Below, piece after piece: positions 1 through 13,134 of a DNA stretch of 64,000 nucleotides. This DNA is from Octopus bimaculoides (lineage: Eukaryota). The stretch is taken from contig NC_068988.1 in the NCBI RefSeq assembly GCF_001194135.2, positions 95,294,453 through 95,358,452 of the forward strand, given 5' to 3'. Made by a program: the position numbers and the translations under genes. Numbering within the stretch: position 1 is the stretch's first letter; the number at the start of each line of letters is the position of its first letter. The notes under the pieces are model-generated. The model had not been told where the DNA came from and did not search any database. It saw only the letters and a list, made by a program, of their open reading frames with translations.

Positions 1-181
1 ATCAATTTAAATCCAGGGCTATCATCAGTTGCACAAATAAGTAGAATTTTAATCAGTTGGACGCATTAATATAATTTTTTCTCAAATACTTTGACACAGC
101 ATGAAAATGGAAGAAATTCATGTTGTCGCTATTGTAGCTACTTAATTCAACTGAATCTCTATTATCTCCCTCCCTCTCTCT

Positions 182-214
<33 letters not shown>

Positions 215-217
<3 letters not shown>

Positions 218-338
218 GGTGGGCTTCTTTCAGTTTCCATCTACCAAATCCATACACAAGGCTTTGGTCGACACGAGGCTATAGTATAAGACACTTGCCC
301 AAGTTGCCATGCAGTGGGACTGAACACGGAATCATCTA
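215..338 (-). mobile_element. SINE family B, 5' half
   Basis: ggcttctttcagtttccatctaccaaatc..gacacttgcccaag..cagtgggactgaac, next to (TA)n. Confidence 0.85.
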
Positions 339-844
339 GTGTGAAGCTATTACAAGGTACTTTTTCCTATAGTTTACCGATTCTGCCGTTTGAACCAAAT
401 CGAAATAAGAATCTCCCCTATATTTATCTTTAGAGTATCTTGCTTTTCTTTTTTTTTTTGCGTTTCTTCATTTACGTTGCTTATTTGTCATAAGTTTTCC
501 TGTTTTTTTAAGTGATAGGTGTCGTGAGTTCAATCTTCACATAACATATGCAATAATTTTAGTTATTCTGTTTTTGTCTTTAGATCCAAGATCTCCAGGA
601 ATTTATATTGTGCGGTTTTTGTTGTTCTTGTTGTTTATATATCTCTTTTTTTATTAGTGTCATCTTTTATTCATTGGAAAACATAATGAGAAAAGAAAAA
701 CAACCGAAAAACAAAAGAAAAACTACATCAGAATTTTACTCTAAAAAGATCAATAATAATAACAAGAACAACAACTAAAACAACAAACATGACAACAATA
801 AGATTGATTTGGGTGGAAAAAAGCAGCAATGACACAAATATACA

Positions 845-899
<55 letters not shown>

Positions 900-1458
900 G
901 CAAAATTTCTCAAACAATATAGACAAAATACTACAAATAAGATACACACGCACACAAACACACACACACACACACAAGCACGCACAAGCACATACACACA
1001 TACACACATGCACATGGACGCGTACAAAGAAGCGCCCACACGCGCGAATCCGTACATAGAAATGGGCGCGCATGCAGAGAAGTCTCAAGATTAAGCAATT
1101 CCAGAAAGACGACTATACTTTTCGATATTTTCCCTCAAACCTAAGACGATAAACACACCCATCTCTATACGTACGCATTTCACTAACACTTGCGCATATA
1201 CAAACAAAAGCACACACATGCAAACTCAGCGCCATTTCAAGAGAATAGACGCAAGATCGGACATCACTGATGTGTGCTTTCATACAGTTTCTTACCTTTT
1301 CTTTATATTCGTTAGCGTTTGGGGGAGGGGTAGCTTTACTTTCAGTGTTCCATCTGTGTAATCAGTTTTGCAAAGGATATGTGATCCCTGGGGTAGAAAA
1401 GATGCTTCGGTGGCAATCGTTACGCGCTTTTTTTTTGCATCTTTTTCTTGATACATTA

Positions 1459-1499
<41 letters not shown>

Positions 1500-1656
1500 C
1501 CTCTTCCTTCTACTGCACCGCCATCTTGAATTAATTAGATCTTGATGGCTTCACTGCTCTTCTTCACTGCTCTTCTTCACTGTCTCTTCTTCATTGACAA
1601 ACTCTTCTTTCCATCTACCTACCTATCTAATTAACACACTCTCTCAGTCTCCCTCT

Positions 1657-1657
1657 C

Positions 1658-1719
<62 letters not shown>
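1657..1719. repeat. (ATAG)n microsatellite
   Basis: Direct reading; similar tracts near 3681, 7147, 22270, 25260 and 27618. Confidence 0.95.
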
Positions 1720-1720
<1 letters not shown>

Positions 1721-1758
1721 GTACATACATACATACATACATACGTACGTACATACAC

Positions 1759-1935
1759 AACAGACCTGATATAATGATTTGAGATAGAGAAGAGAAACTG
1801 TGTACAGTTGTGGAAATTGGCTGCCCAGTGGATGTTAACGTAAAGCTGAAGATCAGTGAAAAAGAGAACACCTACGCTGAACTATTGAGAAATCTGCAGT
1901 TACTCTATCCAGATTACAAGTCCAGGTGTATCTCA
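1759..1935 (+). mobile_element. Non-LTR retrotransposon fragment, restriction-like endonuclease domain (R4/NeSL/Hero-type)
   Basis: Translates to NRPDIMI*DREEKLCTVVEIGCPVDVNVKLKISEKENTYAELLRNLQLLYPDYK: RPD motif, downstream acidic residue and KxxEKxxxYxxL segment typical of RLE LINE C-termini; one stop. Confidence 0.8.
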
Positions 1936-2164
1936 TGCATACAGTTGCATATCGAGACATGCGCATATATATTTAAAAGATAAACTTCTGGAAAATTTTA
2001 CAGATTTTTATAGTTCCAGTGATGGATTGGATCTGTAATCTCCGGATTAGCTTTCTGGTTTTGAGAAGCCAAATTTATCAAGATTGGTATTTAGGCAGTG
2101 TGTTGCATATCCCAAGATCCTAATAATTAGACGTTTGACCTGCTAAAATAACAACCAAATTCCC

Positions 2165-2565
2165 ATTCTTTTCTACTCTAGGCACAAGGCCCGACATTTT
2201 TGAGGAGGGGGCCAGTCGATTAGATCGAACCCAGTTCGCAACTGGGACTTAATTTATCGCCCACGAAAGAATGAAAGGCAAAGTCGACCAGGGCGGAATT
2301 TGAACTTAGAACGTAACGGCAGACGAAATACCTATTTCTTTATTGCCCACAAGGGGCTAAACATAGAGGGAACAAACAAGGACAGGCAAAGTGAATAAGT
2401 CGATTATATCGACCCCAGTGCGTAACTGGTACTTAATTTATCGACCCCGAAAGGATGAAAGGCAAAGTCGACCTCGGCGGAATTTGAACTCATAACGTAA
2501 CGGCAGACGAAATACAGCTAAGCATTTCGCCCGACGTGCTAACGTTTCTGCCATCTCGCCACCTT
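2165..2565 (-). mobile_element. SINE family A, tandem dimer
   Basis: Two units of GGTCGACTTTGCCTTTCATCCTTTCGGGGTCGATAAATTAAGTACCAG core; tRNA-like head with GAGTTCAAAT B-box. Confidence 0.85.
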
Positions 2566-2843
2566 AAACACATCCCCCATTAATTCACACCGTGCCGTCA
2601 TAGAGATAGGGTGACACGTGGTACACTGTAACCTAAGATCTAGAAACAGTTGCAATGGTAACGGCTGCAGCTGTTCCGGGAGCTGCTGCTCAATCGAGAA
2701 TTAAGCAACATCACACCAATTAACTAATTAATAATCTATCAACGTTTCTATCTTTCTATCTTTCTATCTAGTTGCGCATATTCTCTTTCTCTCTCTCTCT
2801 CACTCTCTCTTTTAATAAATCGAACTAAACGTCTACCTCAATA

Positions 2844-3446
2844 CTTTCTTTTATCTGCTTCAGACATTTGACTGCGGCCATGCTGGAGTACCGCCTTAAA
2901 GGGATTTTAAGTTGAACAAATCGACCCCAGGGCTTCTTCTTTGTAAGCCTAGTACTTATTCTATCAGTCTTTCTCGCCGAAGCACTAAGTTACGGGGACG
3001 TAAACACACCAGCATCGGTTGTCAAACGATGGTAGGGGGACAAACACAGGCACAAAGTTAGACAAATATATATACATCCATAGATACATACATGCATATA
3101 TATATATAAATATATATATATATATTTACATACATGCACACACACACACACACACACACACACNNNNNNNNNNNNNNNNNNNNNNNNNNNNNNNNNNNNN
3201 NNNNNNNNNNNNNNNNNNNNNNNNNNNNNNNNNNNNNNNNNNNNNNNNNNNNNNNNNNNNNNNNNNNNNNNNNNNNNNNNNNNNNNNNNATATATATATA
3301 TATATATATATACATACATGTACGTCTACCAGATTTCCATCTGCCAGGTCTACTCACAAGGCTGTGGACTCCCCGAGGCTATAGTAGAAGATACTTGCCC
3401 ATGGTGGGCAGTGTGGCTGAACAAGGAGCCACGTGGTCGGGAAGCA
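2844..3446 (-). mobile_element. SINE family B, both halves with internal microsatellite and gap
   Basis: 3' half 2844-3055 (gactgcggccatgctggag..ggggacgtaaacacaccagcatcgg); 5' half 3320-3446. Confidence 0.8.
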
Positions 3447-3680
3447 ATATATATATATATATATATATACATATATACGTGTGTGTGTGTGTATTCTGTA
3501 CCCAGTTATGTTCTTTCAAACTATGTACTCGTGTATGTCTATTTTACTATCTATCTACAGATCTTTCTATTTCTTCCCACCTCTCTCTCGTACTTTCTCT
3601 GTCTTTTTACATAGTGTATAAATGTATATATTAACGTATGTATTTATGTATGTACGTTATATATGTTATGCATGCATAGT

Positions 3681-3744
<64 letters not shown>

Positions 3745-3953
3745 GAAAATAGTTGATCTTTATATATATCTTTACAAAATTCTTTGTCGATCAATTTATA
3801 TTTCGTCTACTTTTTTTGAAAAATATTTCTCTTTATCAATTTACTTGCTAACATCCTCTCTTTTTGTATTCATCTAGTTATCTCTCTACACATCTATATG
3901 TTCATATGCCCGCAACAAACCTTAACATACAGATTTTACACACACACAGACAT

Positions 3954-3995
<42 letters not shown>

Positions 3996-4590
3996 GATTG
4001 TGTGTATGTATATATACATACATGTACGTATATATGTATTATATGTAATCTGCATTGAACACAGCTGCTGCATCCCCTGTTATGGGTGCAGCCATGTGTG
4101 TGAAGCGGTGTGTCCGCTAGCACGTGCGCCTTGTGTTCATTCAGAAATAGAGGCGTATGCTGTGACAGTGCTGGCCTTGTTCCCAGCCTTCCCTTCACAG
4201 TTGCGGCGGTAGGGTTATTAATGAAGAGCGTCTCGTTACTGCTTAACTCTGATTGATGAAACATGATTAAAGGCTTTATTGCCGTTCCGATCTTGTCTTC
4301 TTTGGGTATCAGTGGTAACATTGCGTAGTGTATCTTACCCTTTATTTGAACCGACAGAGAGGGATTTGAGGGACGTTTGACTTCTTTCTCTTCTTAGATC
4401 CGTATTAAACTCTTTAGAATACCTGTCATTTTTCGTAACATGTATACTCCACAATATGCCATTACTGCACTAAAGATGCGACAACGAGACAGAGACAAAT
4501 ATTTTAGTGAATAGTTCGGACTGGCAGCTTTGTATATTGCTGGTTCATGTTTTGCAATGCGACCCTATGAACATATGCGTGAGGAGGGTG

Positions 4591-4621
<31 letters not shown>

Positions 4622-5419
4622 CGCGTTTACTACATACTGTCTCTCTCCTCCCACCTTCTTCCGAATGACTTCGTTGGTCGATGCACAGCACACTGTTCCA
4701 TACATTACTCACAGCTTAGGTTTTCTAAGAGCATGATGAAATTTTCCGTCACAGTTTATCCCGAGGCCGTGGCATATCACGTTTACTCTTGCACGTTATA
4801 GAACGAATTTCTCTGGCAAACAGAAATGATCGCTCTTGAGACATTGCATCCATGTTTCGTTGCTTCATACAGATCCACAAAATGTTTCCCTTTTAATCAA
4901 AGTTCACAAAACAGCTTCCAAAAGGACTTTATATTTATGTGTGAATGAGTTATCTGAATGTGTGTGTGAGAGAGAGAGACAGAGAGAGAGGGGAAGAGAG
5001 TGAGCGAAATAATCAATTCAACCGCGATTCTGCAATTTTAATAGTGAATTATATCTATATAGCTAATTATATCTATATAGCTAATGCGACACACGAGTTT
5101 CATCAGTGAATAAACGTACGTCTATTAATGTACACGTGTATCGTATTTTAGTTTCCGCATTTAATCTGTGCGACACCCCTTTTTATAATGTTTTTTGCAT
5201 AGTTTATTTTATATATACATGCATATACATATATGTGTGTATGTGTGCGCGCGCGTGTGTGATAAATATGTATATATAACAAATTCAATTTTATGGAACA
5301 ATCTGGGCTTATTTTACAATTTCAATATAATATAGAAGTGTTTTGATTACTCATTCAAATATACTGATGATAATACTGATCAATAAGTGGGACACAAGGC
5401 TATGTAACACTTGATTGTA

Positions 5420-5570
5420 TCGATTCTTCTACTTGACAGGCATTTATTTCATCGATGCAGCAAAGATGAAAGGTAAGGATGACCCTCGTCAGATTTTAAC
5501 TTAGAAACAATAAAAAACGGAACTAATTAACTGCAAGTCTTTTACCGACGCTCAATCGATTCTGCCTCTC
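5420..5570 (-). mobile_element. SINE family A, degenerate
   Basis: gatgaaaggtaaggatgaccctcgtcagattttaacttagaa matches the family core. Confidence 0.5.
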
Positions 5571-5859
5571 CTTATTTTATTGACTACAAACTCATGTATA
5601 CAATACAATGTTTGTCATTAAAATTATTACAAAACTTAGTGAGATGAAGAAAGCCAAATATAATTTATATTATGACATGTGAAAAAAAAACTAATTGAAA
5701 ACAAACACAAATAATTTACTGCTTCGTTAAGACCTGAATACTCTCTAGACTATATCCATCCACTTGTCAATTTTGATTACTAGTTGTCACAAAATTACCT
5801 TTCAGCATCTTTGGTGTTAGCCGAGTTGTGTAAGATCTCATAGAAAATGAGGTGTTGTC

Positions 5860-6100
5860 CTAGATTGTGGTACCTGCCTATACCTAATTGAAGCGCGAAA
5901 ATTCGAATTTAAATGTGGTGGCTAAGCCTTCAAAGTAAAAGTCAACTTCACCTGCAACTCAGGAAATTTAATCTACGTAATTACATGCGGTGGATGTCAA
6001 CAAAATTACATAAGACACACAGGTGCGTCGTTACACAAGAAAATGACGTTTCACCACCAACAGATCAGAGGGAAAATACAAGGGAAATTTGAAGTAAGTA
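5860..6100 (+). mobile_element. Penelope-like element fragment, GIY-YIG endonuclease
   Basis: CGTCLYLIEARKFEFKCGG*AFKVKVNFTCNSGNLIYVITCGGCQQNYIRHTGASLHKKMTFHHQQIR: the FTCxSxNLIYxIxCxxC..YIGxT pattern of PLE GIY-YIG domains, decayed. Confidence 0.85.
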
Positions 6101-7202
6101 CAGGAATGGACTTACCCAACTGCAAAATCTTCGCCCGCTACAATTGCTTAGACTTTTTCACTCGACAACAAGAATAAATAAAGGCAATTCATCCATCCTC
6201 AATTCCATTCTTGCTCATTTACACATTTAACGCAACAAACACACAAACACACACACCTCTTAACATGTTCTGAATAGAAAAGAATTCTCGTATTCAATTC
6301 TGTAGAATATTTGACACTTGGCTCTGAACGCCATTCTTTGGAATGGATTTCCCTCACATAAACAACATATATAAGAAGAGACTTTAAGAGAAAATACCAG
6401 ACATGTCTTTAACTACCTACAGAATATGAAAACTAATTGTATTCAAATCTAATTATCCTTTTCCTCTTCTAAATTTTGACTTAGGGTTTTTAATATTTCA
6501 TAAGATAGACATACNNNNNNNNNNNNNNNNNNNNNNNNNNNNNNNNNNNNNNNNNNNNNNNNNNNNNNNNNNNNNNNNNNNNNNNNNNNNNNNNNNNNNN
6601 NNNNNNNNNNNNNNNNNNNNNNNNNNNNNNNNNNNNNNNNNNNNNNNNNNNNNNNNNNNNNNNNNNNNNNNNNNNNNNNNNNNNNNNNNNNNNNNNNNNN
6701 NNNNNNNNNNNNNNNNNNNNNNNNTATAAAGAAAACAAAAAATGGAACAAGAGCGTAACAGGCGACAACAAAACATCCGGACAGTTAGACGATACAAAAA
6801 GGGACAGGAAAAAAACAAGGACTGGTCATTCGGAGCTTCCTATCCTCAGTCAAGTTCCAGATCGTCTTTGCAATTTCGGCCGGTTACACTCGAGACTGCT
6901 CCAATCTGGCCGGCCTCAAGAAAATCTAAGCTAAGAGCACTAGACTCCTTGGGAGAAAGCAAGCGAATGTATACGAAAATAAAGACGAAAAAAAAAACGG
7001 AGAAATGGTACACAATTACAAATACAAACAGTAGGGCATTAACAACAGGTGTCTTTCAATTAAGGATGAATTAAATTAAGCTGGCGTGTGTGGAAGTGAA
7101 GCCTTACGGCAGGGACATAGGAGATGAAAGTCATGAGAAGGAAAGAAGATAGATAGATAAATACATACATACATACATACATAAACAGACAGACAGACAG
7201 AC

Positions 7203-7269
<67 letters not shown>

Positions 7270-7350
7270 CTGTTGCTTTCAGGCAAAAGTGTTGTAAGTC
7301 CAAAACGTTGCTTTTTCAGAAAACAAAAAAATAGTTTCATCTTTCCATAG

Positions 7351-7447
7351 CAAAACCGTTGTACTACACTTTGACAATGTTCGATATCTTGGCATCTGAA
7401 GCAGCTGGAGATACGATAGTTTGACCAAAAGGACCGGCTATTTCAAG
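7351..7447 (+). pseudogene. Exon-like segment with an in-frame TGA (KTVVLHFDNVRYLGI*SSWRYDSLTKRTGYFK)
   Basis: Strong acceptor tttcatctttccatag and donor CAAG|GTAAAA; all three frames contain a stop, the best frame a single TGA. Confidence 0.2.
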
Positions 7448-7904
7448 GTAAAAAGAATATTGAATAAAAAAAGACATGTGGTCAAATTTGGACATGCGAC
7501 AGTTTAACATAATAGCAACAATATATACACATGTATATGTGTGTATATNNNNNNNNNNATATATAACATATATATTGTTGTGTCTGGGAAGAGTCATATA
7601 TATATATATATATATATATAAAGAAGAGAGGGTAAGCGAGAGGTATTCACAGTTCAGTTAAGCATATTTTCTCATGCTAGTTACAGAGGATTAATATGTA
7701 GTTTGTCGTCTGCTTCGCTCAATGGATTGAAAAGAAATTACTAATGGCGGCGGGTGAAGGTATTTCATCTAAAATTAGTTGGGACACATAAACCTGTTTA
7801 TATTACATGATATATGTATCAAACACAACACACTTCCAGCGTGCACGTGTATTAAGCACTACGCAGTTATGTATATATTTATATATGTTTCTGCATATTT
7901 ATCA

Positions 7905-7937
<33 letters not shown>

Positions 7938-8943
7938 CACAAACATACATACACACATATATGTATATACATACATGCATATATATATATATATGTATGT
8001 ATATATNNNNNNNNNNNNNNNNNNNNNNNNNNNNNNNNNNNNNNNNNNNNNNNNNNNNNNNNNNNNNNTATATATATAAATACAAACACACACTCATATA
8101 CACATATATACATTGACAACATAGCTTTACATAGATATGTGTTCCTTCATCTTTCGATCCTAAATCCCATCGATATAGATTTTTCTAATTCTGCTGATAT
8201 AGATTCTTTCTAAATCTATAGATATTCTTAACCTCTAATTTTCGAAAATTATTCTCCCTGCATCCTTCTTCAATCGCCATCCTCTTCCTGCAATCCTCTC
8301 ATTCTTATTCATAATCCTTCGCCTCTTGTCTTTTTCTTTCTTTTCCGTTTATGTCTTTCATCTTCTTTTCCTTCGATCCTTTTCACGTTTGCCGTTCTTC
8401 GCCTGATATTAAACCGTTTTTGTCAACGCTAAATCTATCGATTCCCAAGAACCAGGCAAATTTCGCATTTACTTTCAACAGTTTTTGTTCATGTATTTAT
8501 TTCCTAAACTAACCAAAATTATATATCAACGTATGTTCTATTTTAAATTCGCAGAGCATGCGGAACTGAAATTCGAATCTGAGATAGTGAAGTTTGCATT
8601 TCACTTGAATTTATATAAATCTACACTTCGTTATAAGTACGTTTAATTTCCTTTTTCGCACTGGTATGTTTTTTTTGTGAAGTGCGAACATAAGGTAGGA
8701 TAACGGATCTGCTGTCAATGCCTACCGAGGCAGAAACACTAGTCCAGAGATATCATCTTTTCTCTAGACAGTCATTTTCTTAATGGTATATCAATTCTGG
8801 AGGATGCTGGTCTCTGAGGTTATCTTTCTGACTTGGAATGGGAACCAATTCCAAAGAAGCGATTCTCTCGCATTTTGTGGGAACGGAGATAATTTTGATA
8901 AATGAAAAAATTGCATAGAATTTAAAATGTCATTACTCTCTTT

Positions 8944-9056
<113 letters not shown>

Positions 9057-9361
9057 ACGTGCGTGCGCATGGAGTGTATGGGTGTGGTGTATGTGTATGC
9101 ATGTGCATGGTTATTTTCGAATAGATCCGATTGACTGAAATGCTGAAATATGATGTTAATAAACCGCTGAAGATGAACAGATCCCTTCCCGTAAGAGGAG
9201 ATAGAACTGAATATGTGATTGGTTAAACAATCGACGGCAGTTGGACGGAAGCAATCACTTCTAGGCCATTTGCTGGCATTGCGTTGCTCACAGGCTTTAC
9301 CCCACAAGTCAACAGAAAAATACGTAAACACAACCACACACAAACACACAAATGTGAAAGC

Positions 9362-9652
9362 TCATTGCTTGTGGTTGGGGTATTCGGTTCACGAACGTAT
9401 GGTCGCGAGTTCGATTCCCGGCGGCACGTTGTAGTCCTTGAACAAGACACTTTATTTCACGTTGCTGGCAAAAATGAGTTGGACCTCAATTTTAAAGGGG
9501 CCAGCCTTGTCACTTTCTGTATCACGCTGAATCTCCCTAAAATGTACGATAAGGCTACTCGTGTCTGTGGAGTGCTCAGCCACTTGCACGTTGATTTCAC
9601 GAGAAGGGTGTTCGGATCATCTGGAGCCCTCGTTGGCTAAGCGACTGAGTGT
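9362..9652 (+). mobile_element. SINE family C
   Basis: tRNA-like head (gtggttggggtattcgg..gagttcgattcccgg), gtccttgaacaagacactttatttcacg, tail gtggagtgctcagccacttgcacgtt. Confidence 0.75.
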
Positions 9653-11265
9653 CGTTTGTACATATATAAAAAAATATGTACACACACATATATGTGTGTG
9701 TGCGCGTGTGTATATATATGTATATATATATATATATNNNNNNNNNNNNNNNNNNNNNNNNNNNNNNNNNNNNNNNNNNNNNNNNNNNNNNNNNNNNNNN
9801 NNNNNNNNNNNNNNNNNNNNNNNNNNNNNNNNNNNNNNNNNNNNNNNNNNNNNNNNNNNNNNNNNNNNNNNNNNNNNNNNNNNNNNNNNNNNNNNNNNNN
9901 NNNNNNNNNNNNNNNNNNNNNNNNNNNNNNNNNNNNNNNNNNNNNNNNNNNNNNNNNNNNNNNNNNNNNNNNNNNNNNNNNNNNNNNNNNNNNNNNNNNN
10001 NNNNNNNNNNNNNNNNNNNNNNNNNNNTATATATATATATATATATATATATATGGTAGATTAGTTCAGCAAAAATTTAGATTCAGGTGAATATGGTATT
10101 TAAGTCGAGGCACCAGAATTTAGTATGGTATTATCCATACAATTTCAAACTAAGGTGATTAAAATCAAAATAAACAACAAGGATATCCAGAAGTAATGCA
10201 GTACGGTCGTTTCATGCAACTCCATTTAATTGAACAATGCAATTATTTCATCAATTTAAAATGCAGACCAATCCTCAGCTGCACAAAAACATAGAATTTA
10301 ATTAAATTAGAACAGATGGACACATTAGTATAATTATACCTAAAATCTCCAAGAACTTAAGGAGAGTGCTAATATATATAAGCGACAATTAACAATAGGT
10401 ACAGTGTGTTTGTCTTTTTAAAAGGGCTGAAAACGAATAAGAGAAAACATGATGATGTTAGGGAAACACAACTTATTAAAATTATTTGGGTATATTATTT
10501 GGGGAATAAACTACGGACTTCCCGTGATGTATTCCAAGATCCATGTTATTTCGTCCAATTGTGGATAAGTCGATATAGTCGTTCTCAGGAGGAGTTTTTT
10601 CAGGAAGGGTGAATTTAGGTAGTAGTTCGCATTATGTTTACGTAGAAATTCACATTATGTTTACTTAAAAATACAGTGGTGGATTTGAAGATATGGTCCG
10701 TGTTACGGAGGTGAAAGTTTAAATGTAAAGTGCCAGCTAGTAGGTTCAATGTTGCGGTTGGTATGGCATAAGCAGCCAATGGTGGTGAACCTATCATGGG
10801 AAAATTTGGTATATGAGTGTACTAATGAGAGTAAGAAATAAGAAGAGAAAGAGAGAGACAGACAGACAGAGATACGAATGAATGAACAAACGAAAAAATA
10901 GTATTTGGTTGGAGTAACAAATATTTAATAGCAGTTTGACTCAGTTCAATAAATAGAGAAAGATAGAGAGAGAGACAGATAGAAGTGGACAGACAATTTC
11001 AGTTTTGGTTTATCCTTTGCTTTGAGAAATCACATAAGTTTCATATTGGAGACACTGCGAATTCACATCCAGATTTCTAACAATTCTTCAACACAACATT
11101 TTTCATGGATAATTTTTCTCTTCAATTCCATTCGACATATCCTTCGACGTACAAAGGTCTCACAAGGTAATTAGTGCCTGATGAAAAAAAAGAAACGTAC
11201 TTTTGAAAGTTACTGAAAATATGTAATTTATAAAATAATAAAATAAGTTTTAATGATTAAGTAAA

Positions 11266-11540
11266 TTGCATGTAATTATGGACACCATTCAGTGGGATGA
11301 CCTGGCAAAATCGTTGGAGTTTTTGATAAAAACTTCTTTGCAGGACAGTTTTTCGTATATATTTTATACTTTTATTTCTACTTTCATTTTTCTTATTTCC
11401 CTCTATATTCCCTATCTCCTCCTTTTCCATAATAATTCCTTATTTCGAACTCAAATATTTACCACTATTTAACCATCTCACATCGCCTCTGATGAAGGGA
11501 TAGCCATAATATCCCAGAAACAGTTGTAAGACTATATCTA
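11266..11540 (+). mobile_element. Probable 3' end of a Penelope-like element with terminal hammerhead motif
   Basis: DDLAKSLEFLIKTSL resembles a PLE GIY-YIG C-terminus; followed by a pyrimidine-rich tail and a hammerhead motif at 11485-11532. Confidence 0.45.
11485..11532 (+). ncRNA. Minimal type I hammerhead motif
   Basis: GCCT-CTGATGA-A-GGGATA-gccataa-TATCCC-A-GAAA-CAGTTG-TA-AGAC; one stem I mismatch. Confidence 0.65.
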
Positions 11541-12349
11541 TATCTTTTTCCTTATAAATGTCCTGAAAACTCCTCGCATCCTTGGCTTTCAAAATAAGCA
11601 ACATATATATATATATATGTATGTATGTGTATATATANNNNNNNNNNTGGCATCTCTTTCAAAGCCATCAACAAATCATGCAAAATTTTCGGATCATAAA
11701 ATCTTTTCAAATATAAACACAACCTAATAACAATGGCATAAAAAAGAAGAGAAACTTGAAGCATGAAACAAAATGGAAGCCGCAGGAATTTCGGTTTTAA
11801 AAGAACAATTCCACCAAATGTTACCGGCCGACTGCTAACTTCACAATGACACTCCACAGGTGATTGTCAATGGCTTCCACCAAACATTCAACAGCTGCAC
11901 ATTTCGTTTATCTCACATTTCTTTTTTTTGTTTGTTTGTTTTACGTTTTATTGTTTTTCTCCTTTATCATCATCATTATTTTTATTTTATTTATTATTTA
12001 TTTATTTATTCATTTTTTATTTTGTTTTTTTCATCGACTTGTTTGAACTAATTGCCATTCAAAATTTGATCACTTTCAAGTTTGAAAACCTTGCCTTCTT
12101 GCTGTGACTAATTTAAATAACAAATGTTCGATATGCCACCGGTAAGGGAAAACGTAATGGAGCACGTGTTACCTGTCGATATCGACCCTACAGGTATGGT
12201 TTTCTTACTTCAGGTGAATCCAGCTATTTTCTGAATATTCTGGTGACAATAGCTTATTGTAAACTATATTTAACCAACCAAGATTAATGAAATATAGACA
12301 AAACGTGTCAATTTTACTGATAACCACAACAAAGCAGAAACAACAGTAA

Positions 12350-12563
12350 GACTTTCTAAATTTTGACAGAAGGCAGGTAGTTTTGAGGGGAGGGGCTAGT
12401 CGATTACATCGACCTCACTATGTGACGTATACTTTGTTATATAGACCTCGAAGGGGTGTAAGGAAAAGTCTACCGCGGCGGTATTTCAACCCATGACGTA
12501 AAGATATCAAAGAAATGCCAGTAAGCATTTTGTTCGAGTTATCGATTCTACCAACTTGCCGCC

Positions 12564-12565
<2 letters not shown>
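12350..12565 (-). mobile_element. SINE family A, degenerate
   Basis: gtcgattacatcgacc..cgaaggggtgtaaggaaaagtctacc..cgattctaccaacttgccgcctt. Confidence 0.65.
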
Positions 12566-12636
<71 letters not shown>

Positions 12637-12651
12637 TGATGATGATGATAA
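12565..12651. repeat. (AAT)n(GAT)n microsatellite
   Basis: Direct reading; similar tracts at 30477-30560 and 17444-17560. Confidence 0.95.
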
Positions 12652-13134
12652 TAGACTCATTATTCCTTTTACAGACCTTCTGTTTGTTAATAATTCAAGA
12701 TTTTCTGAATTACTACCATTAAGTAACCCTACCCCTAATCTCCACTGGAAAGGATTCTGTTTGCCCCAGGTATCTTCTTTCCTCACTCGTAGACGTGAAC
12801 TGTAAAAGTACAGACACCAATCAAAGCTCTGGTTTGCATTGTAGAGCATCCGCTGCTTTAAAACTGTGAAGTAATACATGTAACTGGGCCAAAAAGATGA
12901 AGTTGTCCTTACGAGGTCACAATACCCACTAGAAATATCAACAAAATCAACCTCAATGCGCGTGCTTGTTCTTTGAAAGGAATGGTTAGAATGTATAATG
13001 AATTCCAAGATAACTATAGTAAACGAAATGGCAACAGCTAAGATGATTTGAACCTCAAGTCTCTCCAATTTGAGGAGAAAGAACAATCTGCATCTCAGCA
13101 CACTGTACTCTCAATATATGTCTTACCAATATCA

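Noticed and set aside
1296-1387. Minus-strand 92-nt exon candidate (GSHILCKTDYTDGTLKV..)
   Set aside because: Phase does not match the nearest upstream candidate; no homology recognised.
5047-5085. Short tandem duplications (18 bp here; 13-14 bp near 1548, 35193 and 59185)
   Set aside because: Ordinary slippage products; no spacer structure, so not CRISPR-like.
6815-6860. CTGAGGA..GGA/TCC..GAAT..GTC hammerhead-like string on the minus strand
   Set aside because: A15.1 is wrong and stem I does not pair.
10500-10810. Protein-like fragments on the minus strand
   Set aside because: Multiple stops, no family recognised; probably decayed repeat.
11175-11200. CTGATGA-AAAAAAA-GAAACGTA
   Set aside because: No stem II and no stem I pairing.
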